DNA of 64,000 nucleotides, from NCBI GenBank assembly GCA_043228905.1, contig JBHGNT010000009.1, positions 9,734,001 through 9,798,000 on the forward strand. The letters are read 5' to 3'. The DNA is from Azolla caroliniana. Lineage: Eukaryota; Plantae; Polypodiophyta. The notes beneath the pieces are model-generated. The model was not told the origin of the DNA. It was given only the letters and a program-made list of their open reading frames with translations, and made no database searches. Within the stretch, counting starts at the first letter, position 1; every line of letters starts with the position of its first letter. The position numbers were made by a program, and so were the translations under genes. Of the stretch, positions 39,921-49,872 are shown piece after piece.

Positions 39921-41999
39921 TTTGTTATCATTCCAAAAAACATTTATCTTTTTATGTAATATCTTATCATGTTTCACAAATTAACAATTTTCAGAAAATG
40001 TGTTGTGAATTTCTGTTATTTTATAGTGTTATAGTCTTTGATTTGGTACAATTTATTGTTTCGTGTTGGTTGGATTATGTCAAAACCAATTTGGTTTGGT
40101 TTGGTTTTGATGTTTGATACACTGCTTTGGTTTTGATTTTTGGTAAACCGGTTCGGTTTGGTTCTACATTTTACATAAACGGTTTGGTTTTAAATGGTTT
40201 GGTTTCTCATACCTATTAAACGGTTTGGTTTAAATGGTTTGGCTTAAATAGTTTGGTTTAAATGGCTTCAAATTTTTTAAATGGTTTGGTTTGGTTTTTT
40301 TTATGAATAACCGGTTTGGTTTGGTTTGGTTTGGTTTCAAGGTCAAGAAACCGAACCGAACCGAAACCGAACCGCGCCCATTGCTACATGCCGTAGCGGA
40401 TTATTTAAGTCGATTAGAGTCCGGAGAGACGGGCGACGGAGTAGCGGACGAGTTTCCGGATGCGGAGCTGTTTCGAGTCACTACGGAAATGGCAACAGAT
40501 GAGACGGTGGCACAGGAAGACAAGTGGCTCACAAATATGCACCAGTTTCTGAGCACAGGACTGCCTCCGAAAGGGATGAACCGGGACGAAAGGAAACGCC
40601 TGGCGGTGCAAAGCCGACATTTCTGCTTACTACGAGACACACTTTACCACAAGGGCGCGGACGACATATGGAGACGGGTTGTGCACAGCGATGAAAAGGA
40701 CCTCATACTGAGGGAAGCCCACTGCGGAGTTGCCGGAGGTCACTATGCCGGAGATGCGACGGCCAGGAAAATATGGCAAAGTGGCCTATGGTGGCCAACT
40801 ACATTAAGAGATGTTGTACGGTACGCAAAAGAATGTGACCTATGCCAGCGAATGGGCCAGCCAACGGAGCAGGCTCGGATGCCACACTAGCCTCTACTAC
40901 CACTCGAACCATTCCAGAAGTGGGGGTTGGACTTTGTTGGACCGTTCAAACCACCAACAATGAGAACATGTAATCGGTACGTCATCGTCGCGACGGATTA
41001 CTGCACGAAATGGGTGGAGGCCAAAGCCTTAAGAGACAACACCGTTACGTCAACGACAAACTTTCTATACGAATACATCTGGTGCCGTTACAGATGCCCA
41101 ATCGAATTAATAAGTGACCAAGGGGGGCACTTTCTCAGCCAAGTAGTTGAAAGCTTGATGACATTCTATGTCATTGTCCATAAACGGAGCACACCATACT
41201 ATCCGCAAGCAAATGGGTTAGCTGAATCGATGAACAAAACGCTCCAGAATCACCTTCGGAAGATCGTCAACGAAAACCGAACGGATTGGGATACCAAGCT
41301 ACATAGCGCGCTTTGGGCAATACCGGACAACATATAAAACGAACATCCGAACAACACCGTTCCGGTTAGTGTTCGGACTAGAGGCGGTAATGCCGGTGGA
41401 ATTCCAAGTACCCAGCTTACGGATCCAGCTACGGGAACGGCTGAACGAGAAGGAGTCGGAGGCAATACGGTTAACAACGCGGTGTGAACTCGAGGAACAA
41501 CGACTGGCAAGCATCCTGCACTTAGAATTGGAACAATGGCGATGGAAAGCATTTGTCGACCGGCACAGGAAAGGAAATGAAAAAATGTTCGCAATAGGCA
41601 AGCCGGTGTTAGTATTTCAGACTCGGATGGGCAAGATGCTGGGAAAACTACGGTTTAGATGGACTGGCCCGTATTGTCTGACACATGAGTATAATGGGTC
41701 CTACCAGTTAGGGACACTTGCCGGCGAAGTGCTAGACAAATGGGTCAACGGATTCCGATTGAAGCCATATAGAGGACCGATGCCCAAGAACCCATTTGAG
41801 CAAAGGACCGACACCGGTGTGGAAACGGCAACCTATGAGGGAAACGGCAACCACCAAGATGGCAGAGACAGCGAGCCGGTAATTGGGGAGAATGAGGCCG
41901 GTAAGGGTCCAATAGGACCAAGGGACAAGTAGCCTCACACTACATTTAAAAAAAGAAAAAAGAAAAAAAGCAAAGTAATCATGCAAAAGCGAGGTATGA

Positions 42000-43655
42000 A
42001 TGGATGAGAGAGTGAGGAACGAAAAGGTACGTAGTGGGCATTTAAGCGCCACCACAGGACATAATGCTATTTTAGTACACAACGTGCACACACTCGAAAA
42101 AGGCGCCAGAATGCACAGAGAAAAACCACTGCATGTGGAGACCCTCTACTTTCGCGAACCCAGGAGCACAGAAGCACCAAGGCGCTGGAAGATCATCAAA
42201 CGAGAACCTACGCACAGAGAACCCTCACTTTCTGAACTCTGTCTCTCTCAATCTCACTCTCATCACCATCCAACCTCGCCACCACAATCCGACCTCGACA
42301 CAGACAGGGACCTGCAAACGCTGTCGGAAGCCGTCAAGAAATGGCTAAAGCAACATTGGCTCGAGGGCTTCTTGATGATTATGGAGGTACCGCCACACAA
42401 AGAAGCCGACAAGGTGATCAAAGAAACCGACACAGAGGTCATAATGGTGGAGGAGATCCGTGCGTTAACAGGCCTTCCGGAGGGAGGCATACTCACGATT
42501 GACAATCCGACCTCGGAGCAACTCATCAAGTATTTTAGTGAGTACTCCCTAGCCAGCAAGGGCTACCGGACACAAGGCGGCGGAGATATGCTGTTCCGCG
42601 AGATTGCTCGTGTGCTCAACGAATACGGCCATGTGTACCCTAGACCCCCTGTCATGCTGCAGAACCGGGCAGGGATGATCATCGCCACCTATTAAGGGAT
42701 CAAGGTGGATTGGCCGGTATTGATCGCAGACGGTTTGTGTGCGGCGATCGAGATCGTTAGAGAAAAAGATGGCAAAGAAGGCCGAGAAGGACGGAGGATA
42801 TGGCACGCAGTAACGCAATGGCTCACCTTGCTTGTGCCACCCATCGAGCCCGTCCAGCCCAAGAAGCAGGGAAGAGTGGTGGACGGCACCCCAAAGACCG
42901 CTTCCAAAAGACAACAGTTGTTGGCCTCTAAGGCCACTAAGGGGAAGGCAGCGGACGCAGAACAGGCGGGAAAGGAGAGCGCCAGTCGGAAGCGGCCAAC
43001 GGATGCACAGGAAGAACCACCGGTACGGCCCGTAAAGGTTACACTCCGCCGACCGGTGAATAGAGAAGTGGACCCCTTGGTGGCAAAACTCAATACCGGG
43101 ACTCAGGAAGAGGAAATAGAGGAGGAGCCTACGGAGCACCTCCAGCGACGGTTGTCGGCAAGGACCGTTGAGGCAGTCGGGAAACGTTCGGACCCTCAGA
43201 CGGAGGGAACACCGGCTCCCCATACTGAGACTCCCACGCCAAGGGAGGAACCGGAACCGGTGCGCATGGCACCGGAATCAAAAGCCCCTGCACCACCGGT
43301 AGCACTAGCAAGTCCCATTCCACCAGAGCCGGAAAGGTCAATGCAGCCTCCCTCGGCCAACCAAGAAGAAGCGCAAGGAGAACCAGGACAGCAGGATGGT
43401 CCACGGCTAGAAACGGAATTGCAACTCGGCGCAATCAGGCGGGACCACCCAGCCACAAGCGAGCCCATCCGTCAAACCTCCGTGCAAGCGCAACAACAAT
43501 GCACCGGTAGCCTGTGGCTCTGGTGGATAGGCGAACAGATTGTCGGAGTAGTGGGGTATATTGAGGCGGAAGAAAGAGCGCAAAGCGAACGGTTGCTCGT
43601 CACAATCGAACAACTAGAGACGACCCAGTCCAGAATCCGGTGCCTCGAAAAAGAC
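42000..43655 (+). pseudogene. Extra sense ORF 3' of gypsy pol (eORF), one internal stop
   Basis: ORFs 42000-42695 and 42705 onward are in the same frame across a single TAA; Pro/Glu-rich linker then a possible coiled coil; truncated by a copia fragment. Confidence 0.6.
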
Positions 43656-44106
43656 TTTCCTCCTGTCCGGCTACATTGTTGGTGCCTCTACTTGTTCTCC
43701 TGGTTCTTGTTCCAGTTCTCCCCCTCAAGTGCGGCATGTCAAGGTGCTACAACCCAAGCATCTCCAAAAAATGTTGCAACTTGTTTGACCTGAGTGGCTT
43801 GGTGAAGATGTTGGCCTACTGATCCATTCAACTTGTCTCACCGCTCAGGACCCACTCGTGCACAAAGTGGTAATGCACTTTTATGTGCTTTAGATGAGCA
43901 TGGAACACATGGTTCTTGGCCAGCTACATGCTACTTATGTTGTTGCATTAGATCAGGATCGAAGTCGGTTCTTCGATCCGTAGGTCTTGCAACAGACGCT
44001 TAAGCTATATGGCGTCACATGTCGCGAAGGTAGTGCCCCGATACTCAGCCTCAATGCTCAATAGAGCCATTGTCGGCTGCGCTTTGTTGCTCCACGCAAT
44101 AGGCGT
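43656..44106 (-). mobile_element. Copia RNase H / 3' fragment
   Basis: Homologous to 32000-32450. Confidence 0.8.
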
Positions 44107-44728
44107 TGTCGAGGAAATCCTCATGTGCTCGTGAAATGAAGCGGGACCGCCGGGGTCCTGGACTGGAAGGATTCGAAGTTATACTAGCATAAGCAAGAAA
44201 GTATTTAAGATAGATAGACAGACAGATAGAGAGATTCCAATTTTGACTTTGAACCCTTGACTTCAAGTTTTGAGAGACAAAACCAATGATATAACTAGGA
44301 TTTTATTATTCTTAAGTTCTTGATTCAATATTGAAAGGAATACGATTTCCTTAAGCTATGCTCGGCCACAACCGAGGCGTCGGATCAATCACAGGAAAAA
44401 AAACAGGGATGTGGAGAGATGTATCTACACACGAAACAATAAAGAAGAAGAGTGCACTGGATGTTTGTGGAAAACCCAAATCTGGGAAAAACCACGGCAG
44501 CCCTCAGACTACAAAATATCACTATGTTAAGATTACAACAATGGGGCACAGAGGCAACGACCTCTTGCTCACTCGCTTCGCCACCAGGCGGTTACAACAG
44601 AGGCAACAACCTCTTCCTCTCTCTCTCTCTTCTTTGTACGCAGTTACACTCTAAATTATCGTGACAACAATAATAATACAACTAGCTCTACATACATACA
44701 ATTAAGTTTCCCTAGGTCATATTTATAC

Positions 44729-47700
44729 GGTTTGAGACCATTCGGCGAGGATGGTGGACCGGAAGGCGACAGTGGTTCATGTGAACGGGGTGGTCTTGCT
44801 CGAAGTGGAAGACAAAATCGGGCGGGCCCACGAGGACGCTAAGGACTCGGTCAGTCGTCGTGGCCGAATCTCTCGTGTTCTCTCCCCTATGTTTTGGCAC
44901 ATACCGGAGGATGTGCGGTTAGGTGGGGGCGGATGTTGTGAAGATTTTCGTCCACAAGCGGAAACCCGAGCAATGAGAGCCAAAGAGCGATGTGCAACGT
45001 TGCACACGTACATAATGTATTTGTAATAATAATAAGGGTAAAGGGTATGGTGCTAGAAATGCCCCATAAGATCCCTAAGGTATAAAGGTGGTGTGGTCTT
45101 GTGCGCACATCCACGTGAGAGAGAGAGAGAGGTACTATGCGGTACATAGGTACCTAGTTGTTTGTGAGGAGGTGGGAATTAAGGGGGCCATCAATCTCAC
45201 CCTCCCCAAATCAAGGCAAATATCCCCTTTGAATGAAAGGGGATATTTTAGTCTTGCTTTTGTAAATGGTCTTCCCTCCTTGTGCTATAAAAGGAGAGGG
45301 AAGGCACCATTGTGAGGGTTGCCTATTTTGAGTGTGCGAGGTATACCACATAGGTCGAGCGTTAGGGTTAGGGTTAGGGTTTCGAGTAGTCGTTTGGTGC
45401 GGCCTATGCGGCCACCATTTTGTAATCGTCCATTTCGTTTTAATACATCTTGTTGTTCATCTTGTCTCCATCTTCCTCTTGTTCATTCTTCTTCTTGAGC
45501 AAAGCTTCCATTCCGTGTCCGATTCCTTCTCCTCTACTCCTTAGTCCAAGACCCCCGTGGTCCCGCCCTTCTCCACGTACGTGCGTAGCAACACGACATA
45601 TTTGGTGAACCTGACGTGAAGAGGCGGCAAGGGAGGAAGGAGATGGAAGCCGGAGACATCGCGGAAGTAATTACGAAAATGGCGAGGGATTTCGCAAGAA
45701 GGAGAGGAAGACGGGAAGAGGCGTACAAGTACGATCGACGTGAGTTTGATCTAGGGGTGTCGTCGGCAAAGGCTCCTCGAAGCGCAATGAAGGCATTCTG
45801 GGAGTTCGATCTCCGTCTTTCCCAACTTTCGGTCCGGGATCAAGAATCGGTGGGGGCGGACAAGGTCCCACTATTCTTGAAGTCGGTCAACGAAAGGGGA
45901 AGAATGGCCATTTTTCCCTACCTCGAAGACGATGAAGGGACGTACGGCCTCACCGAAGATTGGAATGAGGTGGAATGGGCGTGCATACAATGCGATGAGA
46001 GGCGGTCGGCCACAACGCGGCCCGGGAGCGGCGGAGAAGAGAGAGTAGCGACCGACTACGCACTATCACCGGAAGAGAGCTCAACGCAAATCGGTTCAGA
46101 GGAGCTCGACATTGAAGCCTTGGTGCGGGAAGCGTACGAGATCGTAGAGGCACAAATCGACGCCGAAGAAGGGCTTATTTCGGATTCGGGGCCGAGCGGA
46201 TCGGAGGATGAGGAGGCCGAAAGAGAATGCTACATCGGTACCACGGGAGAGGGTGCGGGACGATCCACCCTCTCGACATGCGGAGAAAGATTGACCGAGG
46301 ACGAGGTCGGGGACGGTGAGGCAGCGATCGCCGGTTCGAGCAAACATGAGGGAGTTCGGGCATGGAGGCCCGAAACATCGAGCGGGGAGAAGACGGGCGG
46401 TGGTGCCGGGACCTTACGCACACCGGGCCTAGAGACTCAGGCAACCGGCCCAAGAGCCGGTGTGAGACCTAGAGTGACGGGCGGTGGCGGCAGCAAGGCG
46501 GGCCACCATGATGGTGACATGGGAGAGGGTGCGGAAAGAGCAACTCTCTCGTCTTGCGGCGAATGGACGGCCATGGAGGCCGGTAACTACGGATTCGGGA
46601 CATGGCGGCCCGAAACATCGAGTGAGGAGGAGACAAGCGGCGGTGCTGCGACCTTACACACACCGGCCCTAGAGACACCGGCGGTCGGCCCGATTGCTGA
46701 CGTGAGACCTAGAGCGACGGACGGTGGCGGCAAGGCGGGCAACCGAGACAACGGTAAGGAGACCGTGGAAGAGGAGGCGGCAAGCATAATTGATGCTTGC
46801 ATATACGGAGGCAGGGTAGCCACGGACGACGACGTCCGAATGGAGGTGGCTACGGGCATAGCATCGACGAGCGGCGGCGTTGCTACCTTACACGCACCGG
46901 TTCAAGAGACCCCGGCGGCCGGCCCGAGTGCCCGTGTGAGACCTAGGGTAATGAACGGTGGCGGCGGCAAGGCGGATGACCATGACGACGATGTGGGAGA
47001 GGGTGCGGAGCGAGCGACCCTCTCGACTTGTGGAAAGAGGACGGCCATGGATGAGGCCGATATCTACGGAGCAATGGACGCCACTTCGAGAGTGGGTGAA
47101 AGTTTCGGGACGCGGTTGCCCGAAACGTTCTATGAGGATTTCGCGAGCATACTTGAGGCTTGCGAAATCGAGGAAGAAGAGGAGACGAGCGGCGGTGTCA
47201 CGACCTTCCACACACCGGTCCTAGAGACTCCGACAACCGGCTCGAGAGCCGGTGTGAGACCTAGAGAGACGGACGGTGGCGGCGGCAAGGCGGGCAACCA
47301 AAATGACGAAGAGGAGGTTTGTAGCGGACGGAGGCGAGATCCCTTGACACCGGGGCCGGACACTTCGGCGGTTGCGCCCGAGCGCGGACATAAGACCGGA
47401 GAGATGGGCGGTGGCGGTGAGGATGAGAGGCCCGGAGTGGGCATGTGCGAAAAGACCGAAGGAGAGGTCCGGAGCGGCATCGAGGAGCGAGTCGGGAACT
47501 GACCCGAACGGGAGGCGGAGCGGAAGAAGAGTGAAGCGGGGTCCGGTCAACCGGGCCCAAACCGAAGAAGAACCGGCAAGGCCGGATTTGCGCGTACAAA
47601 CATGTACCGGCCGGTTACGATTACGGAAGGGAGCCGACCAAACCGGAACTCGATCGGCCGAGACCAATCCGGGCGAAGGCTAAGTCAACATGATTGGAGA

Positions 47701-49872
47701 TCGGGGAGGACGGGCCATAGCATGCGACGAGAGCCGGTGAGCGTATTGAGGAGGCCTAGTGGGCACGGTGATCACGGCTTGCTAGAAGACCGAGAGCGAG
47801 AGGGACCTTCCACACCCATTCTAGAGACTTCGGCGGTTGCAGATCAACGTGAGACCGGAGAGACGGCGGGCGGCAGCAAGGAGTCGGAGGCCGAAGCGGA
47901 CAAAGTTATCGGAGCGGGTATACGGTATGAGATGATGGATGAGCGGGTCCAAGATGGCTACGGTGTCGGAACAGGCTACGGTGACAAAGGAAGAAGTGGT
48001 CGACGCGGAGGTCGGGTCTACGGCGGATGAAGGGCGTAACACGAAGCATGCATTACGGTCGGTGAAGGGCCCAAGAACGAGCATGCATCCGAGAGAGCGT
48101 CAACCAGTGACCGGAAACGGTGGACTGATTGAGCCCTTGAGAGGCGAGGACTCGGTGGTGGACCGAGAGTGGGAGGAACCCTCCACACCTACCCGTGAGG
48201 CATCGACAGTCTCAGATCGAAAGGAGAACGAAGAAACGGTGGGTGGCGGTGAGGAGTTTGAGACCGACGCGGAGGTTGGGTCTACGGCGGAAGCGCGACA
48301 TGAGACGCATGCAATACGGCCGGTGGAGGGCCAAGATACAAGCATGCATACGGCGGATGGGCGACAACGATTGACCGACGATGACGGTCAGGTCAAGCCT
48401 TCGAGAGGCAAGCGCGGGACGAAGGACGGCGCGGCGAAACACCAAGACCACGACATGGGCCAAGCGCGATCAGCATGAGCGGGGAGTCGTGTCTTGAGAA
48501 CCGAAGAAGGTGCGCGGAGTGCAACGGGCTACGCACTGGGAAGAGGAAGCGCGGCTTCCCGGAGGGCATGCAAGGCCAAGCGGGCCAAGAGGGCGCAAGT
48601 CGAGGCGAAGGGGTAACGAGAGCCTCGAGGGACACCGACACGGAGGTCGGGATGACAGTACGCTCTACCGCGAGAGAGCACGGCGAACAACGGGGAAAGC
48701 CTACGGAAGGCAAGCGCGGAGCGGAGAGAATCGGCACGCCGCGGTGTGCGGCACGCAAAGGGCGGAATCCAGCATGCGACCGGGAGCGCATCCGGAGGAT
48801 ATACGAGGCGGACAAAGGAAGAGCAACCGGGTCGGCGACAACGTTCGGGAGGACCGAACGGGGAGGAAAGCACGGGCATCGGATACGGCGGGTCGGATGT
48901 AGTCGGTGGTTCGAGGACCCACGGTGGACGTGGCGGATCGGGTGGAGGCAACGACTCGGTGAACATTGTTGAGCGTGGCGGATCGGATGGCGCCAACGGT
49001 TCAAGACCATTCGGCGAGGCTGGTGGACCGGAAGGCGGCGGTGGTTCATGTGGACGGGGTGGTCTTGCTCGAAGTGGAAGACAAAACCGGGCGGGCCCAC
49101 GAGGACGCTAAGGACTCGGTCGGTCGTCGTGGCCGAAAATCTCGTGTTCTCTCCCCTATGTTTTGGCACATACCGGAGGATGTGCGGTTAGGTGGGGGCG
49201 GATGTTGTGAAGATTTTCGTCCACCAGTGGAAACCCGAGCAACGAGAGCCAAAGAGCGATGTGCAACGTTGCACACATACAGAATGTATTTGTAATAATA
49301 ATAAGGGTAAAGGGTATGGTGCTAGAAATGCCCCATAAGATCCCTAAGGTATAAAGGTGGTGTGGTCTTGTGTGCACATCCATGCGAGAGAGAGAGAGAG
49401 AGGTACTATGCGGTACATAGGTACCTAGTTGTTTGTGAGGAGGTGGGAGTTAAGGGGGCCATCAATCTCACCCTCCCCAAATCAAGGCAAATATCCCCTT
49501 TGAATGAAAGGGGATATTTTAGTCTCACTTTTGTAAATGGTCTTCCCTCCTTGTGGTATAAAAGGAGAGGGAAGGCACCATTATGAGGGTTGCCTATTTT
49601 GAGTGTGCGAGGTATACCACATAGGTCGAGCGTTAGGGTTAGGGTTAGGGTTTCGAGTAGTCGTTTGGTGCGGCCTATGCGGCCACCATTTTGTAATCGT
49701 TCATTTCGTTTTAATACATCTTGTTGTTCATCTTGTCTCCATCTTCCTCTTGTTCATTCTTCTTCGTCTTGAGCAAAGCTTCCATTCCGTGTCCGATTCC
49801 TTCTCCTCTACTCCTTAGTCCAAGACCCCCGTGGTCCTGCCCTTCTCCACGCACGCGCGTAGCAACGCGACA
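44729..49872 (+). mobile_element. Non-autonomous gag-only LTR retroelement (LTRs 44934-45598, 49203-49872), preceded by an extra copy of its 3' internal end
   Basis: Highly similar LTRs; PBS TGGTGAACCTGACGTGA at 45603-45619 (complementary to the plant tRNA-Trp 3' end, 1 mismatch); PPT before both LTRs; no pol motifs in any frame. Confidence 0.88.
45643..47502 (+). CDS. Gag-derived protein with a repeat-expanded low-complexity C-terminus (619 aa from the first ATG)
   Basis: Starts just after the PBS; N-terminus 'FDLRLSQLSVRDQ..KVPLFLKSV..GLTEDWNEV' looks gypsy gag-like; four repeats of ETSGG..TL.TP.LET...GP.AGVRPR.T.GGGGKAG. Confidence 0.65.
   Translation: MEAGDIAEVITKMARDFARRRGRREEAYKYDRREFDLGVSSAKAPRSAMKAFWEFDLRLSQLSVRDQESVGADKVPLFLKSVNERGRMAIFPYLEDDEGTYGLTEDWNEVEWACIQCDERRSATTRPGSGGEERVATDYALSPEESSTQIGSEELDIEALVREAYEIVEAQIDAEEGLISDSGPSGSEDEEAERECYIGTTGEGAGRSTLSTCGERLTEDEVGDGEAAIAGSSKHEGVRAWRPETSSGEKTGGGAGTLRTPGLETQATGPRAGVRPRVTGGGGSKAGHHDGDMGEGAERATLSSCGEWTAMEAGNYGFGTWRPETSSEEETSGGAATLHTPALETPAVGPIADVRPRATDGGGKAGNRDNGKETVEEEAASIIDACIYGGRVATDDDVRMEVATGIASTSGGVATLHAPVQETPAAGPSARVRPRVMNGGGGKADDHDDDVGEGAERATLSTCGKRTAMDEADIYGAMDATSRVGESFGTRLPETFYEDFASILEACEIEEEEETSGGVTTFHTPVLETPTTGSRAGVRPRETDGGGGKAGNQNDEEEVCSGRRRDPLTPGPDTSAVAPERGHKTGEMGGGGEDERPGVGMCEKTEGEVRSGIEERVGN

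Larger units (their letters stand above)
35475..40386 (+). mobile_element. Complete hAT DNA transposon (4.9 kb)
   Basis: TIRs TAGCAATGGGC(A/G)CGGTT; perfect 8-bp TSD CATGCCGT (35467-35474 and 40387-40394); subterminal AACCG/GGTTT arrays at both ends. Confidence 0.96.
34946..43655 (+). mobile_element. Non-chromovirus Ty3/gypsy with an extra 3' ORF; 5' LTR 34946-35366; gag-RT deleted; split by the hAT; 3'-truncated
   Basis: TGTTA..TAACA LTR followed by TGGCGAC PBS start; RNase H end 'LARWTLLLQEF..QHAVADYLSRL' reads across the hAT; integrase 40387-41932 (HCGVAGGHY, DFVGP, YPQANG, WTGPY). Confidence 0.85.

Noticed and set aside
47500-49300. Many overlapping ORFs on both strands as genes
   Set aside because: GC-rich, stop-poor retroelement interior with no recognisable domains.
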